This document shows positions 43,283-58,975 of a stretch of 64,000 nt of DNA, one piece after another. How positions within the stretch are numbered: position 1 is the stretch's first letter; the number at the start of each line of letters is the position of its first letter. Made by a program: the position numbers and the translations under genes. Source of the stretch: Thalia democratica (taxonomy: Eukaryota); NCBI GenBank assembly GCA_965202585.1, contig OZ241834.1:25792001-25856000 (forward strand), given 5' to 3'. The notes beneath the pieces were generated by a model. That model was given only the letters and a program-made list of their open reading frames with translations, was not told the DNA's origin and made no database searches.

Positions 43283-46200
43283 GATGAATGAATAATAAAG
43301 CGACCAAAACGATACTTGCAAGAGTTACTGACTGTGACGAATTGACTGTCGAGCAGTTATGCTTTGCAAGGTACCTTTTACTTCTTAGCATTTTTGCATT
43401 AGCATGTTTGTTTAACACATATATGCTTATAAAAACTTAGTTGTCTTATTACGAATGTTGAAAAAGTTCCAGTAAGAAAGAAACCATATCTAACTTGTTC
43501 TAAAAGTAATTTTTTTTAAAGCATTAGTTTGAAAAGTCCAGAAATAACAGCCTGTATCTTACAGCACACCTCTAAATACATTAAGAAAAACATAAATGAA
43601 ACAAAACATGTTAACACACTCCCGACTGAGTTTTCCTTTGCCGCTCACCTAAAGTAATAAAGTTTTAACAAAGCACAAGGTTTTTTTTTACCTCAAACTT
43701 AAACAAAGTTTCATTATATCGATTTCATGGAGTTTTGTTAATCGTAAGTTCTATCAAGTATGTTCAAGTTAATTACAGTTTAAACTAATGTGTAAAAAGT
43801 AATTTCAAAAGAATAAAAGAGTTCATTTTGTTTAGCTTTACTAGTTATGATTACTCATAATCAATATACTCATAAGCAATGTACTCAAAACTTTTATTAA
43901 ACAGACAACTAGATAACTTTGTTCTTGCACATACTAGTAACTTACCTTACAACAATGTTTTCCAAACAACCTTTCAAAAACGTACTGTACAGTAACTATG
44001 ATGATACTTGTTTGAAAGTTGTAAACTACGTTTAAACACAAATTTTATTTTCCAGTGTATATGAAAAACTAGTTTAACAGGTAAGTAGTTTAACATTCAA
44101 TTGGTGTTTCAAACAACTGATTCAAGCTGTTATACAGTTTAAAAAATAACTGATGCGATTTTGCTCGTTAAACTTAAACCTTGATCAAACTAAGAACTTT
44201 AACTTTGCAGATTTCAACCGAATAAAGTGTGCTGATAAAAGTGAACAAATGGATTTGGTTGTAAATTTTTCAAACAAAATAAAGTTAATTAAATTCAAAG
44301 AAGTAAATAAGTCGAAAAAGCTTATGAACACTAGCACTAAATTTGAACTTAAACAAAAGCTGATATCTTTTGGATGAAAAATTTTACGTAAAAAAAGAGG
44401 TTGGTTTATTTTTTAAGCAGCATTATATACAAAATAAAATCGAGTAAGAAAATCGAAATGAAAAAGTTTTGAAGTAAAATTGACAAACTTAGTGTTTGAA
44501 TAAAGCTTTGTTTACAATCAGCACTCATAACCTTTCAATCTATCTTTGAAACTTTTTAACTGGAAAATAATGCAACTAGGTTTTTTTTTCAAACTTTGTT
44601 TTGTCACTTCTCATAAAGTTTTAAAGTCAGTCGAAACAACATAGATACTGACACATATTTTGAAACAACAACAGTACTGTTTTTTAAAGTTTACGATTGA
44701 AGTGTTTACCAAGTTAAACATGTGTTTTAACTGCTTTACTGCTAATAGTAATTTCCTAGTTTACTCAACCTAGATTAATCATAATGTTCTGTACCATTGA
44801 TTTCATTGACTAAATGTTTTGCTTTTCGAAATTCGTAACTAGTTATCTCTAACTTACTGTTAATGTAGTTAAAAACACAGCTTAGGATAAGTTACATTTT
44901 ATTCTCGGATGTCGTTAAGAACATAGCTGTTGTAGCAATAACATATAAACTTGAAGCAAAGTAACTGTTATCTTATTCAATTATAGACCATATAAAACAA
45001 AGTATTTGCTTGATTCAAAGTTTTACATTGTAGTTTGCCTATTATGGAACTTGTACTGTCACATAATAGGCTGTAAAAAAATGAAGGCTAAAAAAGTTTT
45101 TGTCTTGCTTTGTCCAATTTTTCTTCTTCTTTACATTTATAAAAACTACACAGCTTAAAGCAACAAGTTACAGTAATTTTGCTTTCTTATGTATAGCGTA
45201 CTTAAGGGTAACAAACAAGTGGTAACAAGTTTTTTACTTCTTTTCTTTGTACCATGTTTCAGCTAATCAATTGGTTTATTTCATATGCTTGACAAGATTA
45301 GAAAGCTTAAATCAAGTAAGTAGATGTAAGCTTTGTAAAATAAAAGATTTATTTATACAAGTTCATCATTTTATTAAGGTATTTTGTTTTGTAAATTGCG
45401 TACTTGTTAATAGCGTTCTCTTTCTTTTGAACAAACGATGTTGTTTACATTTATGTGTTACACCAGTTTTGAATTGCTAAGCATGTTTCAGTTGTAGTTT
45501 AATTGTAATTGAACAGTATTTTTTAAGGACACTAAACATTGTTTGTTATTAACAGTTTAAAACGTTTTCAGTTAATAAGTCAAAGTTTTATTTCTGTTTA
45601 AGCGTACTATTTTCATTGAAAAATAAAAATAGTTTTTACAGTGACGTAGGCACAGTTTTTTTTAATAAACTAAAAAACAAATGAAATATTGAATTAAAAA
45701 ATGTCCACAAAGTAAGCATGAATAAGAATAAGTTTTATTTGGAAAAGAAAGTTAAAAGGAAAAAGGCCACGAAAAAGACACTCAAGTTAGTTAAAGCTTT
45801 TCACTAAGCATTCGACAATAGTAAGCAATAAAGTAAGGATTAGAGCAGTTATCTAGCTAGAGTTCCTTTCTTAACAGTTGCATAAAAAAAGTACAGTAGA
45901 GAAATTGTAGCGAGCTAGGTATTTAATAAATAATGGGTTTATAGTTTGGAGGGAAATTGTTTTTTGATTCTTTTTCACCACAAAGTTGATTAAGTGTGTG
46001 TATTTGTGTTGTTGAGTTTAGTAGTCATTAGTAGCTTGTGTATTTAATTGGTGATCCACCTAATCTTTAGATTCAAAAAGTACATAGCTTAAAACAAACA
46101 AGTATCGTCGTTTTGAGTTGTCTCATACATAGTTTAAAAAAGAGTTACAAAAAATGGTAACAAGCTGTTCCATTTTTACCTTGGAATCATGTCGTTATTT

Positions 46201-47817
46201 GTCATAGCCACAGAAAAAATGAGTTCAACAAAACAAGTATGAGCTTTGTAAGCAGAAAGATTATTTCAATTGTATGTTTGTTTTAAACAATCACTGTTGT
46301 TTACATTACTGTTCAACTTTTAAACAGTTTTTTATTGTTTCATTTGCATTCTGATAAGTAAAACTAATACTTATTTGACAATCAGACCTTAAATAAATAT
46401 CATTGAGCATTTTTAGTATCAAAGCAAAGTAAATGTTTCTTCTCATTTAATATAATGTCTTATTTAAGCATAATTTTTTATTTAGTGACAGATTGATTTT
46501 TTTATTAAACTAACAACAAATATCTATTGAGTGTTTGAAAAACAAGTTTACAAAGTAAAATGAACTAGAATAAGTTTTGTTTAAACAATAAGTTAAACAA
46601 GAAAATTCCCATTAAAAAACATTTTTACCTAACATTTAAATACTAGTGAAGCAGAAAAACTTATTCTACATTATCAAAAGTAGTTTAAAATGTCAAGTAG
46701 AACTACAAAAACTAAAGTAAGTGTAACTAACTAGTAGAAACAAAAACAGAGAAATTCAGCTTTAGAAAGTTTATTTAGAAGTTATTGAAACACACTAACT
46801 GTTACTTTTTACCAACACGCACAATGTAGATATAAATTTGTACATTTTTTTGTCGCTTAGTTTAAGCTTGTTTGACACTGTTTACTCGACATTAGTAGCT
46901 GCTTAAATCAACTGGTGGTCCTGATTACTTTAGATATGTAGAAACATAACTTTCAACAAACTACTAGAGTTGTTAAAGGTCAGTAAGTTGTCTCATATCT
47001 AGTTAAAACAAGTACCTTTTACTTTGAAAACTAGAATAATAAATTACTTAAAAAAGTACAAGCAGTTACTTTTTTGTGTTTTACCAAGTTTCAACCAATG
47101 AGCTGGTTTGTTTTGTGTGTTTATGTTTTGAATTGAAAATGTTTCTTGAATATGCTAAACAGAAGTTAGCTTTGAAAGAAGGAATATGTTATTTTACTTG
47201 AAAAACACATCTGTAATTTTTTGTCTTGAACAACCATTTTTGTATTCATTTATGTATTCGTAACTTTTTAAAACGTGTTACATGGCTTCAATTGCAGTTA
47301 AGTTGATAAGAAGAACTCGTTTAAAAAGTTAAAGCTCGGTTGTGTTACTAATAATCAACAACAACTTAAAATAAAGTTACAACTAAGTTTTTGCATGTTA
47401 TAAGTGATATACATTTTTGTTTAAAAAGATGATACTTTTTTGTAAGCACTTATTTATTGAATGTTTCAACAGAACTTCAGCAAATGAATAAAAACAAGTG
47501 TTTTGTACAAAAAGTATTCAGATGAAAAATCTTACGGACAACAAAATCAAGTTAGTTAAACATCTTTTACAAACCATTTGATTACAAGCACTACTACTGT
47601 TTTTAGACTAATGCAATGCTTTTTCTACAATATAACGAGTTACAAGTTTATAAAGTATTTGAAACAAAAAAAAAGTGTGTTCATTCAAGTATATGAGTTT
47701 TTAATTTACACAAATAAGAATTTATTTGTACTAAGCTTATATTCTTGTACTTTAAGTAAACATGAACAGCTGGTTCTATTCAAATGGTGGTCCTGAAAAG
47801 GACCGGTTGTTTAGCGT

Positions 47818-48177
47818 TTATTTTGAGCTGGTGTATTTGGTAACAGCTTTAGTTCCTTCTGAAACTGCGTGCTTTGACAACTCGCCGGGGAGCAAGAGCC
47901 TGACAGCAGTTTGAATTTCGCGGCTGCTAACAGTTGACCTCTTGTTGTAATGAGCCAAACGTGAAGCCTCTGCTGCAATGCGCTCGAAGATGTCGTTGAC
48001 AAATGAGTTCATGATTCCCATTGCCTTGCTGGAAATTCCGGTGTCGGGGTGCACTTGCTTCAAAACTTTGTACACATAGATGCCAAAGCTTTCTTTGTTC
48101 CTCCTCCTTCGCTTCTTCTTGCCGTCGACCGGAGCGGTCTTGGCTACTGACTTCTTCGCGCCTTTGGTTGCTGTCAT
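47818..48177 (-). CDS. H2B: Histone H2B (unit 7)
   Basis: Same translation as unit 1. Confidence 0.97.
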   Translation of the reverse strand: MTATKGAKKSVAKTAPVDGKKKRRRRNKESFGIYVYKVLKQVHPDTGISSKAMGIMNSFVNDIFERIAAEASRLAHYNKRSTVSSREIQTAVRLLLPGELSKHAVSEGTKAVTKYTSSK

Positions 48178-48341
48178 GATGATGTGTGGACTTCTGTCTC
48201 GGCGCCAGTTTATATGCTGAAAAATTATGCAAATTAGCATAGTTCCGTACGCGAACGATAGCTGGTTTCTCTCACTTCACAATTCTCTCGTTTGTTGTAA
48301 ATATTTTGGTGGTCCTGAAAAGGACCTGGTTTTTTTTTAAC

Positions 48342-48761
<420 letters not shown>

Positions 48762-48905
48762 TCACTATAAAACTCATACCTAACCGCGTCGAACGAAAAA
48801 CTAATTTGCATATGTCATAGCTAATGCTTAATCTTGTCAAAAGTGTTGTAAAACTTTTATATTGAATTAGGTGGTCCTAAAAAGGACCGGGTTTGCTAAA
48901 AGCGA

Positions 48906-49253
<348 letters not shown>

Positions 49254-49405
49254 TTATATACAAGCTGTTACGGACGCGTACGGTTACTACTAACTAATTT
49301 GCATACTCAAAAAAGTCTCTTAACTTACATTTTTTCGTTCGGTTAAGTTTTTCTCACTGTCAAAGTTTTAAGGTGGCCCTGAAAAGGACCGGTTTTAGCT
49401 AACGC

Positions 49406-49897
<492 letters not shown>

Positions 49898-49997
49898 CTA
49901 ATTTGCATATTTTCAACTTAGCATTGTTTTATGCATTTCGAGTTGCGTTATATTTTGTTTGAGTGGTCCTGAAAAGGACCTTGGGTAAAAGAACAAC

Positions 49998-50558
49998 TTA
50001 TTTTTTGCAGCTCTTCTTCTTGGATGCTTTTTTGGCTGCCGGCTTCTTCTTGGTTACTTTCTTCTTCTTGCTTGCAGCTTTTTTAGATGCTGCCTTCTTA
50101 GGAGCGCACTTTTTAGCAGGTCGCTTTTTGGCTGCTGGTTTTTTTGCAGCCTTCTTGGGAGCACACTTCTTTTTTGGTTTTTTAGCTGCGGCCTTCTTTG
50201 CTGCTGGCTTTTTAGCTACTTTCTTTGTCCTCTTCTTGGGCCCAGCAGCTGGCATTGGAGCAAGCTTGAACGAGCCAGAAGCGCCTTTTCCAGTTGTCTG
50301 GAGAAAAGCACCTTTGGTCACGCCGCTGGTAAGTGCTCTCTTCAAGTGAGAATTGGAAGCTGTGAGGTCAAGCTTGTAGGTGTCCGCAATAAACTTTTGT
50401 ATCTTCTGGCGGGATGTACCTTTTCGTTCCTTCATTGCTCCAAGGGCAGAGCTAATCATTTCCCTGTAAGTAGGGTGCTCTGCCTTCTTGGCGCTTGGTC
50501 TCTTGGAAGACCTGGCTGCGGCTGGCGCTGGTACTGCTGCTACTGCTGTGGTAGACAT
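49998..50558 (-). CDS. H1: Histone H1 (unit 7)
   Basis: Same translation as unit 1, with one synonymous change at 50508 (TCC>TCT, Ser). Confidence 0.95.
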   Translation of the reverse strand: MSTTAVAAVPAPAAARSSKRPSAKKAEHPTYREMISSALGAMKERKGTSRQKIQKFIADTYKLDLTASNSHLKRALTSGVTKGAFLQTTGKGASGSFKLAPMPAAGPKKRTKKVAKKPAAKKAAAKKPKKKCAPKKAAKKPAAKKRPAKKCAPKKAASKKAASKKKKVTKKKPAAKKASKKKSCKK

Positions 50559-53500
50559 GATGAATGAATAATAAAGCGACCAAAACGATACTTGCAAGAG
50601 TTACTGACTGTGACGAATTGACTGTCGAGCAGTTATGCTTTGCAAGGTACCTTTTACTTCTTAGCATTTTTGCATTAGCATGTTTGTTTAACACATATAT
50701 GCTTATAAAAACTTAGTTGTCTTATTACGAATGTTGAAAAAGTTCCAGTAAGAAAGAAACCATATCTAACTTGTTCTAAAAGTAATTTTTTTTAAAGCAT
50801 TAGTTTGAAAAGTCCAGAAATAACAGCCTGTATCTTACAGCACACCTCTAAATACATTAAGAAAAACATAAATGAAACAAAACATGTTAACACACTCCCG
50901 ACTGAGTTTTCCTTTGCCGCTCACCTAAAGTAATAAAGTTTTAACAAAGCACAAGGTTTTTTTTTACCTCAAACTTAAACAAAGTTTCATTATATCGATT
51001 TCATGGAGTTTTGTTAATCGTAAGTTCTATCAAGTATGTTCAAGTTAATTACAGTTTAAACTAATGTGTAAAAAGTAATTTCAAAAGAATAAAAGAGTTC
51101 ATTTTGTTTAGCTTTACTAGTTATGATTACTCATAATCAATATACTCATAAGCAATGTACTCAAAACTTTTATTAAACAGACAACTAGATAACTTTGTTC
51201 TTGCACATACTAGTAACTTACCTTACAACAATGTTTTCCAAACAACCTTTCAAAAACGTACTGTACAGTAACTATGATGATACTTGTTTGAAAGTTGTAA
51301 ACTACGTTTAAACACAAATTTTATTTTCCAGTGTATATGAAAAACTAGTTTAACAGGTAAGTAGTTTAACATTCAATTGGTGTTTCAAACAACTGATTCA
51401 AGCTGTTATACAGTTTAAAAAATAACTGATGCGATTTTGCTCGTTAAACTTAAACCTTGATCAAACTAAGAACTTTAACTTTGCAGATTTCAACCGAATA
51501 AAGTGTGCTGATAAAAGTGAACAAATGGATTTGGTTGTAAATTTTTCAAACAAAATAAAGTTAATTAAATTCAAAGAAGTAAATAAGTCGAAAAAGCTTA
51601 TGAACACTAGCACTAAATTTGAACTTAAACAAAAGCTGATATCTTTTGGATGAAAAATTTTACGTAAAAAAAGAGGTTGGTTTATTTTTTAAGCAGCATT
51701 ATATACAAAATAAAATCGAGTAAGAAAATCGAAATGAAAAAGTTTTGAAGTAAAATTGACAAACTTAGTGTTTGAATAAAGCTTTGTTTACAATCAGCAC
51801 TCATAACCTTTCAATCTATCTTTGAAACTTTTTAACTGGAAAATAATGCAACTAGGTTTTTTTTTCAAACTTTGTTTTGTCACTTCTCATAAAGTTTTAA
51901 AGTCAGTCGAAACAACATAGATACTGACACATATTTTGAAACAACAACAGTACTGTTTTTTAAAGTTTACGATTGAAGTGTTTACCAAGTTAAACATGTG
52001 TTTTAACTGCTTTACTGCTAATAGTAATTTCCTAGTTTACTCAACCTAGATTAATCATAATGTTCTGTACCATTGATTTCATTGACTAAATGTTTTGCTT
52101 TTCGAAATTCGTAACTAGTTATCTCTAACTTACTGTTAATGTAGTTAAAAACACAGCTTAGGATAAGTTACATTTTATTCTCGGATGTCGTTAAGAACAT
52201 AGCTGTTGTAGCAATAACATATAAACTTGAAGCAAAGTAACTGTTATCTTATTCAATTATAGACCATATAAAACAAAGTATTTGCTTGATTCAAAGTTTT
52301 ACATTGTAGTTTGCCTATTATGGAACTTGTACTGTCACATAATAGGCTGTAAAAAAATGAAGGCTAAAAAAGTTTTTGTCTTGCTTTGTCCAATTTTTCT
52401 TCTTCTTTACATTTATAAAAACTACACAGCTTAAAGCAACAAGTTACAGTAATTTTGCTTTCTTATGTATAGCGTACTTAAGGGTAACAAACAAGTGGTA
52501 ACAAGTTTTTTACTTCTTTTCTTTGTACCATGTTTCAGCTAATCAATTGGTTTATTTCATATGCTTGACAAGATTAGAAAGCTTAAATCAAGTAAGTAGA
52601 TGTAAGCTTTGTAAAATAAAAGATTTATTTATACAAGTTCATCATTTTATTAAGGTATTTTGTTTTGTAAATTGCGTACTTGTTAATAGCGTTCTCTTTC
52701 TTTTGAACAAACGATGTTGTTTACATTTATGTGTTACACCAGTTTTGAATTGTTAAGCATGTTTCAGTTGTAGTTTAATTGTAATTGAACAGTATTTTTT
52801 AAGGACACTAAACATTGTTTGTTATTAACAGTTTAAAACGTTTTCAGTTAATAAGTCAAAGTTTTATTTCTGTTTAAGCGTACTATTTTCATTGAAAAAT
52901 AAAAATAGTTTTTACAGTGACGTAGGCACAGTTTTTTTTAATAAACTAAAAAACAAATGAAATATTGAATTAAAAAATGTCCACAAAGTAAGCATGAATA
53001 AGAATAAGTTTTATTTGGAAAAGAAAGTTAAAAGGAAAAAGGCCACGAAAAAGACACTCAAGTTAGTTAAAGCTTTTCACTAAGCATTCGACAATAGTAA
53101 GCAATAAAGTAAGGATTAGAGCAGTTATCTAGCTAGAGTTCCTTTCTTAACAGTTGCATAAAAAAAGTACAGTAGAGAAATTGTAGCGAGCTAGGTATTT
53201 AATAAATAATGGGTTTATAGTTTGGAGGGAAATTGTTTTTTGATTCTTTTTCACCACAAAGTTGATTAAGTGTGTGTATTTGTGTTGTTGAGTTTAGTAG
53301 TCATTAGTAGCTTGTGTATTTAATTGGTGATCCACCTAATCTTTAGATTCAAAAAGTACATAGCTTAAAACAAACAAGTATCGTCGTTTTGAGTTGTCTC
53401 ATACATAGTTTAAAAAAGAGTTACAAAAAATGGTAACAAGCTGTTCCATTTTTACCTTGGAATCATGTCGTTATTTGTCATAGCCACAGAAAAAATGAGT

Positions 53501-55093
53501 TCAACAAAACAAGTATGAGCTTTGTAAGCAGAAAGATTATTTCAATTGTATGTTTGTTTTAAACAATCACTGTTGTTTACATTACTGTTCAACTTTTAAA
53601 CAGTTTTTTATTGTTTCATTTGCATTCTGATAAGTAAAACTAATACTTATTTGACAATCAGACCTTAAATAAATATCATTGAGCATTTTTAGTATCAAAG
53701 CAAAGTAAATGTTTCTTCTCATTTAATATAATGTCTTATTTAAGCATAATTTTTTATTTAGTGACAGATTGATTTTTTTATTAAACTAACAACAAATATC
53801 TATTGAGTGTTTGAAAAACAAGTTTACAAAGTAAAATGAACTAGAATAAGTTTTGTTTAAACAATAAGTTAAACAAGAAAATTCCCATTAAAAAACATTT
53901 TTACCTAACATTTAAATACTAGTGAAGCAGAAAAACTTATTCTACATTATCAAAAGTAGTTTAAAATGTCAAGTAGAACTACAAAAACTAAAGTAAGTGT
54001 AACTAACTAGTAGAAACAAAAACAGAGAAATTCAGCTTTAGAAAGTTTATTTAGAAGTTATTGAAACACACTAACTGTTACTTTTTACCAACACGCACAA
54101 TGTAGATATAAATTTGTACATTTTTTTGTCGCTTAGTTTAAGCTTGTTTGACACTGTTTACTCGACATTAGTAGCTGCTTAAATCAACTGGTGGTCCTGA
54201 TTACTTTAGATATGTAGAAACATAACTTTCAACAAACTACTAGAGTTGTTAAAGGTCAGTAAGTTGTCTCATATCTAGTTAAAACAAGTACCTTTTACTT
54301 TGAAAACTAGAATAATAAATTACTTAAAAAAGTACAAGCAGTTACTTTTTTGTGTTTTACCAAGTTTCAACCAATGAGCTGGTTTGTTTTGTGTGTTTAT
54401 GTTTTGAATTGAAAATGTTTCTTGAATATGCTAAACAGAAGTTAGCTTTGAAAGAAGGAATATGTTATTTTACTTGAAAAACACATCTGTAATTTTTTGT
54501 CTTGAACAACCATTTTTGTATTCATTTATGCATTCGTAACTTTTTAAAACGTGTTACATGGCTTCAATTGCAGTTAAGTTGATAAGAAGAACTCGTTTAA
54601 AAAGTTAAAGCTCGGTTGTGTTACTAATAATCAACAACAACTTAAAATAAAGTTACAACTAAGTTTTTGCATGTTATAAGTGATATACATTTTTGTTTAA
54701 AAAGATGATACTTTTTTGTAAGCACTTATTTATTGAATGTTTCAACAGAACTTCAGCAAATGAATAAAAACAAGTGTTTTGTACAAAAAGTATTCAGATG
54801 AAAAATCTTACGGACAACAAAATCAAGTTAGTTAAACATCTTTTACAAACCATTTGATTACAAGCACTACTACTGTTTTTAGACTAATGCAATGCTTTTT
54901 CTACAATATAACGAGTTACAAGTTTATAAAGTATTTGAAACAAAAAAAAAGTGTGTTCATTCAAGTATATGAGTTTTTAATTTACACAAATAAGAATTTA
55001 TTTGTACTAAGCTTATATTCTTGTACTTTAAGTAAACATGAACAGCTGGTTCTATTCAAATGGTGGTCCTGAAAAGGACCGGTTGTTTAGCGT

Positions 55094-55453
55094 TTATTTT
55101 GAGCTGGTGTATTTGGTAACAGCTTTAGTTCCTTCTGAAACTGCGTGCTTTGACAACTCGCCGGGGAGCAAGAGCCTGACAGCAGTTTGAATTTCGCGGC
55201 TGCTAACAGTTGACCTCTTGTTGTAATGAGCCAAACGTGAAGCCTCTGCTGCAATGCGCTCGAAGATGTCGTTGACAAATGAGTTCATGATTCCCATTGC
55301 CTTGCTGGAAATTCCGGTGTCGGGGTGCACTTGCTTCAAAACTTTGTACACATAGATGCCAAAGCTTTCTTTGTTCCTCCTCCTTCGCTTCTTCTTGCCG
55401 TCGACCGGAGCGGTCTTGGCTACTGACTTCTTCGCGCCTTTGGTTGCTGTCAT
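55094..55453 (-). CDS. H2B: Histone H2B (unit 8)
   Basis: Same translation as unit 1. Confidence 0.97.
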   Translation of the reverse strand: MTATKGAKKSVAKTAPVDGKKKRRRRNKESFGIYVYKVLKQVHPDTGISSKAMGIMNSFVNDIFERIAAEASRLAHYNKRSTVSSREIQTAVRLLLPGELSKHAVSEGTKAVTKYTSSK

Positions 55454-55617
55454 GATGATGTGTGGACTTCTGTCTCGGCGCCAGTTTATATGCTGAAAAA
55501 TTATGCAAATTAGCATAGTTCCGTACGCGAACGATAGCTGGTTTCTCTCACTTCACAATTCTCTCGTTTGTTGTAAATATTTTGGTGGTCCTGAAAAGGA
55601 CCTGGTTTTTTTTTAAC

Positions 55618-55998
55618 TTAGGCTGACTTTTTTGAAGCGGTCTTCTTAGGCAATAGTACTGCCTGGATGTTTGGAAGAACACCACCTTGAGCAATTGTGA
55701 CGCCTCCGAGAAGTTTGTTCAACTCTTCGTCGTTGCGAATAGCTAGTTGCAAATGGCGAGGAATGATCCTGCTTTTCTTGTTGTCACGAGCAGCGTTACC
55801 GGCAAGCTCGAGCACTTCTGCGCTCAAGTACTCGAGAACGGCAGCCAGATAAACTGGAGCACCAGCTCCGACTCTTTGGCTGTAGTTGCCGGTGCGCAAC
55901 AGGCGGTGCACGCGACCGACTGGAAACTGCAGTCCTGCACGGGAAGACCTGCTCTTCGGCTTAGATTTGAGTTTTGATCCTTTACCACGTCCTGACAT
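55618..55998 (-). CDS. H2A: Histone H2A (unit 8)
   Basis: Same translation as unit 1. Confidence 0.97.
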   Translation of the reverse strand: MSGRGKGSKLKSKPKSRSSRAGLQFPVGRVHRLLRTGNYSQRVGAGAPVYLAAVLEYLSAEVLELAGNAARDNKKSRIIPRHLQLAIRNDEELNKLLGGVTIAQGGVLPNIQAVLLPKKTASKKSA

Positions 55999-56180
55999 TT
56001 TGTTGTTCGAATGATTGTGATGATAGCTTGCACAGCTCACTATAAAACTCATACCTAACCGCGTCGAACGAAAAACTAATTTGCATATGTCATAGCTAAT
56101 GCTTAATCTTGTCAAAAGTGTTGTAAAACTTTTATATTGAATTAGGTGGTCCTAAAAAGGACCGGGTTTGCTAAAAGCGA

Positions 56181-56528
<348 letters not shown>

Positions 56529-56680
56529 TTATATACAAGCTGTTACGGACGCGTACGGTTACTACTAACTAATTTGCATACTCAAAAAAGTCTCTTAACT
56601 TACATTTTTTCGTTCGGTTAAGTTTTTCTCACTGTCAAAGTTTTAAGGTGGCCCTGAAAAGGACCGGTTTTAGCTAACGC

Positions 56681-57172
<492 letters not shown>

Positions 57173-57272
57173 CTAATTTGCATATTTTCAACTTAGCATT
57201 GTTTTATGCATTTCGAGTTGCGTTATATTTTGTTTGAGTGGTCCTGAAAAGGACCTTGGGTAAAAGAACAAC

Positions 57273-57714
57273 TTATTTTTTGCAGCTCTTCTTCTTGGAT
57301 GCTTTTTTGGCTGCCGGCTTCTTCTTGGTTACTTTCTTCTTCTTGCTTGCAGCTTTTTTAGATGCTGCCTTCTTAGGAGCGCACTTTTTAGCAGGTCGCT
57401 TTTTGGCTGCTGGTTTTTTTGCAGCCTTCTTGGGAGCACACTTCTTTTTTGGTTTTTTAGCTGCGGCCTTCTTTGCTGCTGGCTTTTTAGCTACTTTCTT
57501 TGTCCTCTTCTTGGGCCCAGCAGCTGGCATTGGAGCAAGCTTGAACGAGCCAGAAGCGCCTTTTCCAGTTGTCTGGAGAAAAGCACCTTTGGTCACGCCG
57601 CTGGTAAGTGCTCTCTTCAAGTGAGAATTGGAAGCTGTGAGGTCAAGCTTGTAGGTGTCCGCAATAAACTTTTGTATCTTCTGGCGGGATGTACCTTTTC
57701 GTTCCTTCATTGCT
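57273..57714 (-). CDS. H1: Histone H1, 5' part lost in the assembly gap (unit 8)
   Basis: Matches unit 1 from AMKERKGTS to the stop codon; the N run starts at 57715. Confidence 0.9.
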
Positions 57715-57914
57715 NNNNNNNNNNNNNNNNNNNNNNNNNNNNNNNNNNNNNNNNNNNNNNNNNNNNNNNNNNNNNNNNNNNNNNNNNNNNNNNNNNNNNN
57801 NNNNNNNNNNNNNNNNNNNNNNNNNNNNNNNNNNNNNNNNNNNNNNNNNNNNNNNNNNNNNNNNNNNNNNNNNNNNNNNNNNNNNNNNNNNNNNNNNNNN
57901 NNNNNNNNNNNNNN
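57715..57914. other. Assembly gap, 200 N
   Basis: Run of exactly 200 N, which looks like a fixed-length scaffolding placeholder. Confidence 0.98.
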
Positions 57915-58510
57915 CGGCATATATGAAAATGACACTGAGCTTTCGAAGTATGTTTGTGGCTTGAAGTGCAGCGGCATTGACTTCGAAATATCCTGGGAAG
58001 TTATAAAAAGAGCACAGCCTATAGCCGACGGCAATAGCCCAATATGTAGGCTGTGTCTCAAAGAAGCATCAGCCGTTGTGTATGCACTGAAAGACAAGAG
58101 ATGCCTAAACAAAAGAAGCGAATTTGTATTGTCTTGTAGACATATAAAAAAGTCGCTTTTAAAGTTTAACAAGTTTTAATTTCATCTTAAAATAACCTAA
58201 ATTTCAATTTGCATCTTTATTTTATCTTTATCTCTTTCAATTATCTGTCCTAATATATAGTTACTCACTGAAGTTTTTTGAATTTTTGCTAGTTTATTGT
58301 CGATTGGTAAATTAATTTTTGCACAAACCGTTTTGCATGATTTTTGATAGTTTCAAAATAACGTCATAATCTATTAATGCAAAAAATTTTTAACTTTCAT
58401 TAGTGATTTTGTTTTGTGCTTTATTTTGAACTTGTTTTGAAGCTGATGAGTGTATAGTCACGAAACTCGAGTCCTTTGAGTTTTGCATTGTAACGCCTCT
58501 GGCTATAAAT
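57915..58510 (+). mobile_element. 3' end of a Penelope-like retroelement (ORF C-terminus at 57916-58179, 3' UTR, hammerhead motif)
   Basis: YENDTELSKY...ISWEVI...CRLCLKE...LNKRSEF...CRH resembles the Cys/His-containing C-terminus that follows the GIY-YIG endonuclease in aquatic-invertebrate PLEs (recognised from memory). The downstream hammerhead motif is independent support. The right boundary is approximate. Confidence 0.78.
58436..58480 (+). ncRNA. Minimal type I hammerhead ribozyme
   Basis: CUGAUGA 58443-58449; stem II GUG/CAC with a 6-nt loop; GAAA 58462-58465; palindromic stem III ACUCGAGU; cleavage triplet GUC 58471-58473; stem I UUUGAAG (58436-58442) pairs with CUUUGAG (58474-58480). 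Confidence 0.85.
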
Positions 58511-58703
58511 TAAATTCAGCAAAAGAGTTTTCTCTAATTAGGGGTTTTTTTATTAATTTGTTAACTTTCTAAATTGCCGCCTTAGATTGAATTATTAGAT
58601 TTGTGGCAGCTCAAGCTGAACTTCCTATGTGCTAAATTGTGAGTATTGTCATTAATCTCTTATTTTCTAGTTCTGTCTCTTAAATTGAAATTTCTAATAA
58701 AGT

Positions 58704-58975
58704 TAAATTGAAGTTAATTTTACTGTGGTTTGCATAAATTTGAATAACTAAACTCTGCTGTTGATAAAATTAAATTGAAGTTAATTGTACTTTTGGTTTG
58801 CATAAATTTGAATAAATAAACTCTGCTGTTGATAAAATTAAATTGAAGTTAATTGTACTTTTGATTTTGCATAAATTTAAATAACTAAACTTTGGTGTTA
58901 ATAGATCATTATATTGAAATTATCTGTAATTTGGTTACATAAAATTGAATAAATAAGCTTTGTTGTGGATAATTA
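58704..58975. repeat. Minisatellite, 67-68-bp unit, 3 good copies and 1 decayed copy
   Basis: taaattgaagttaatt...tgcataaattt...ataa.taaact recurs at 58704, 58771 and 58839, and weakly at ~58910. Confidence 0.9.

Noticed and set aside
57273-58172. 299-aa ORF that appears to give H1 a novel N-terminus, and the other ORFs containing X runs
   Set aside because: Artefacts of reading through 200 N; the distal part is the antisense strand of the PLE fragment
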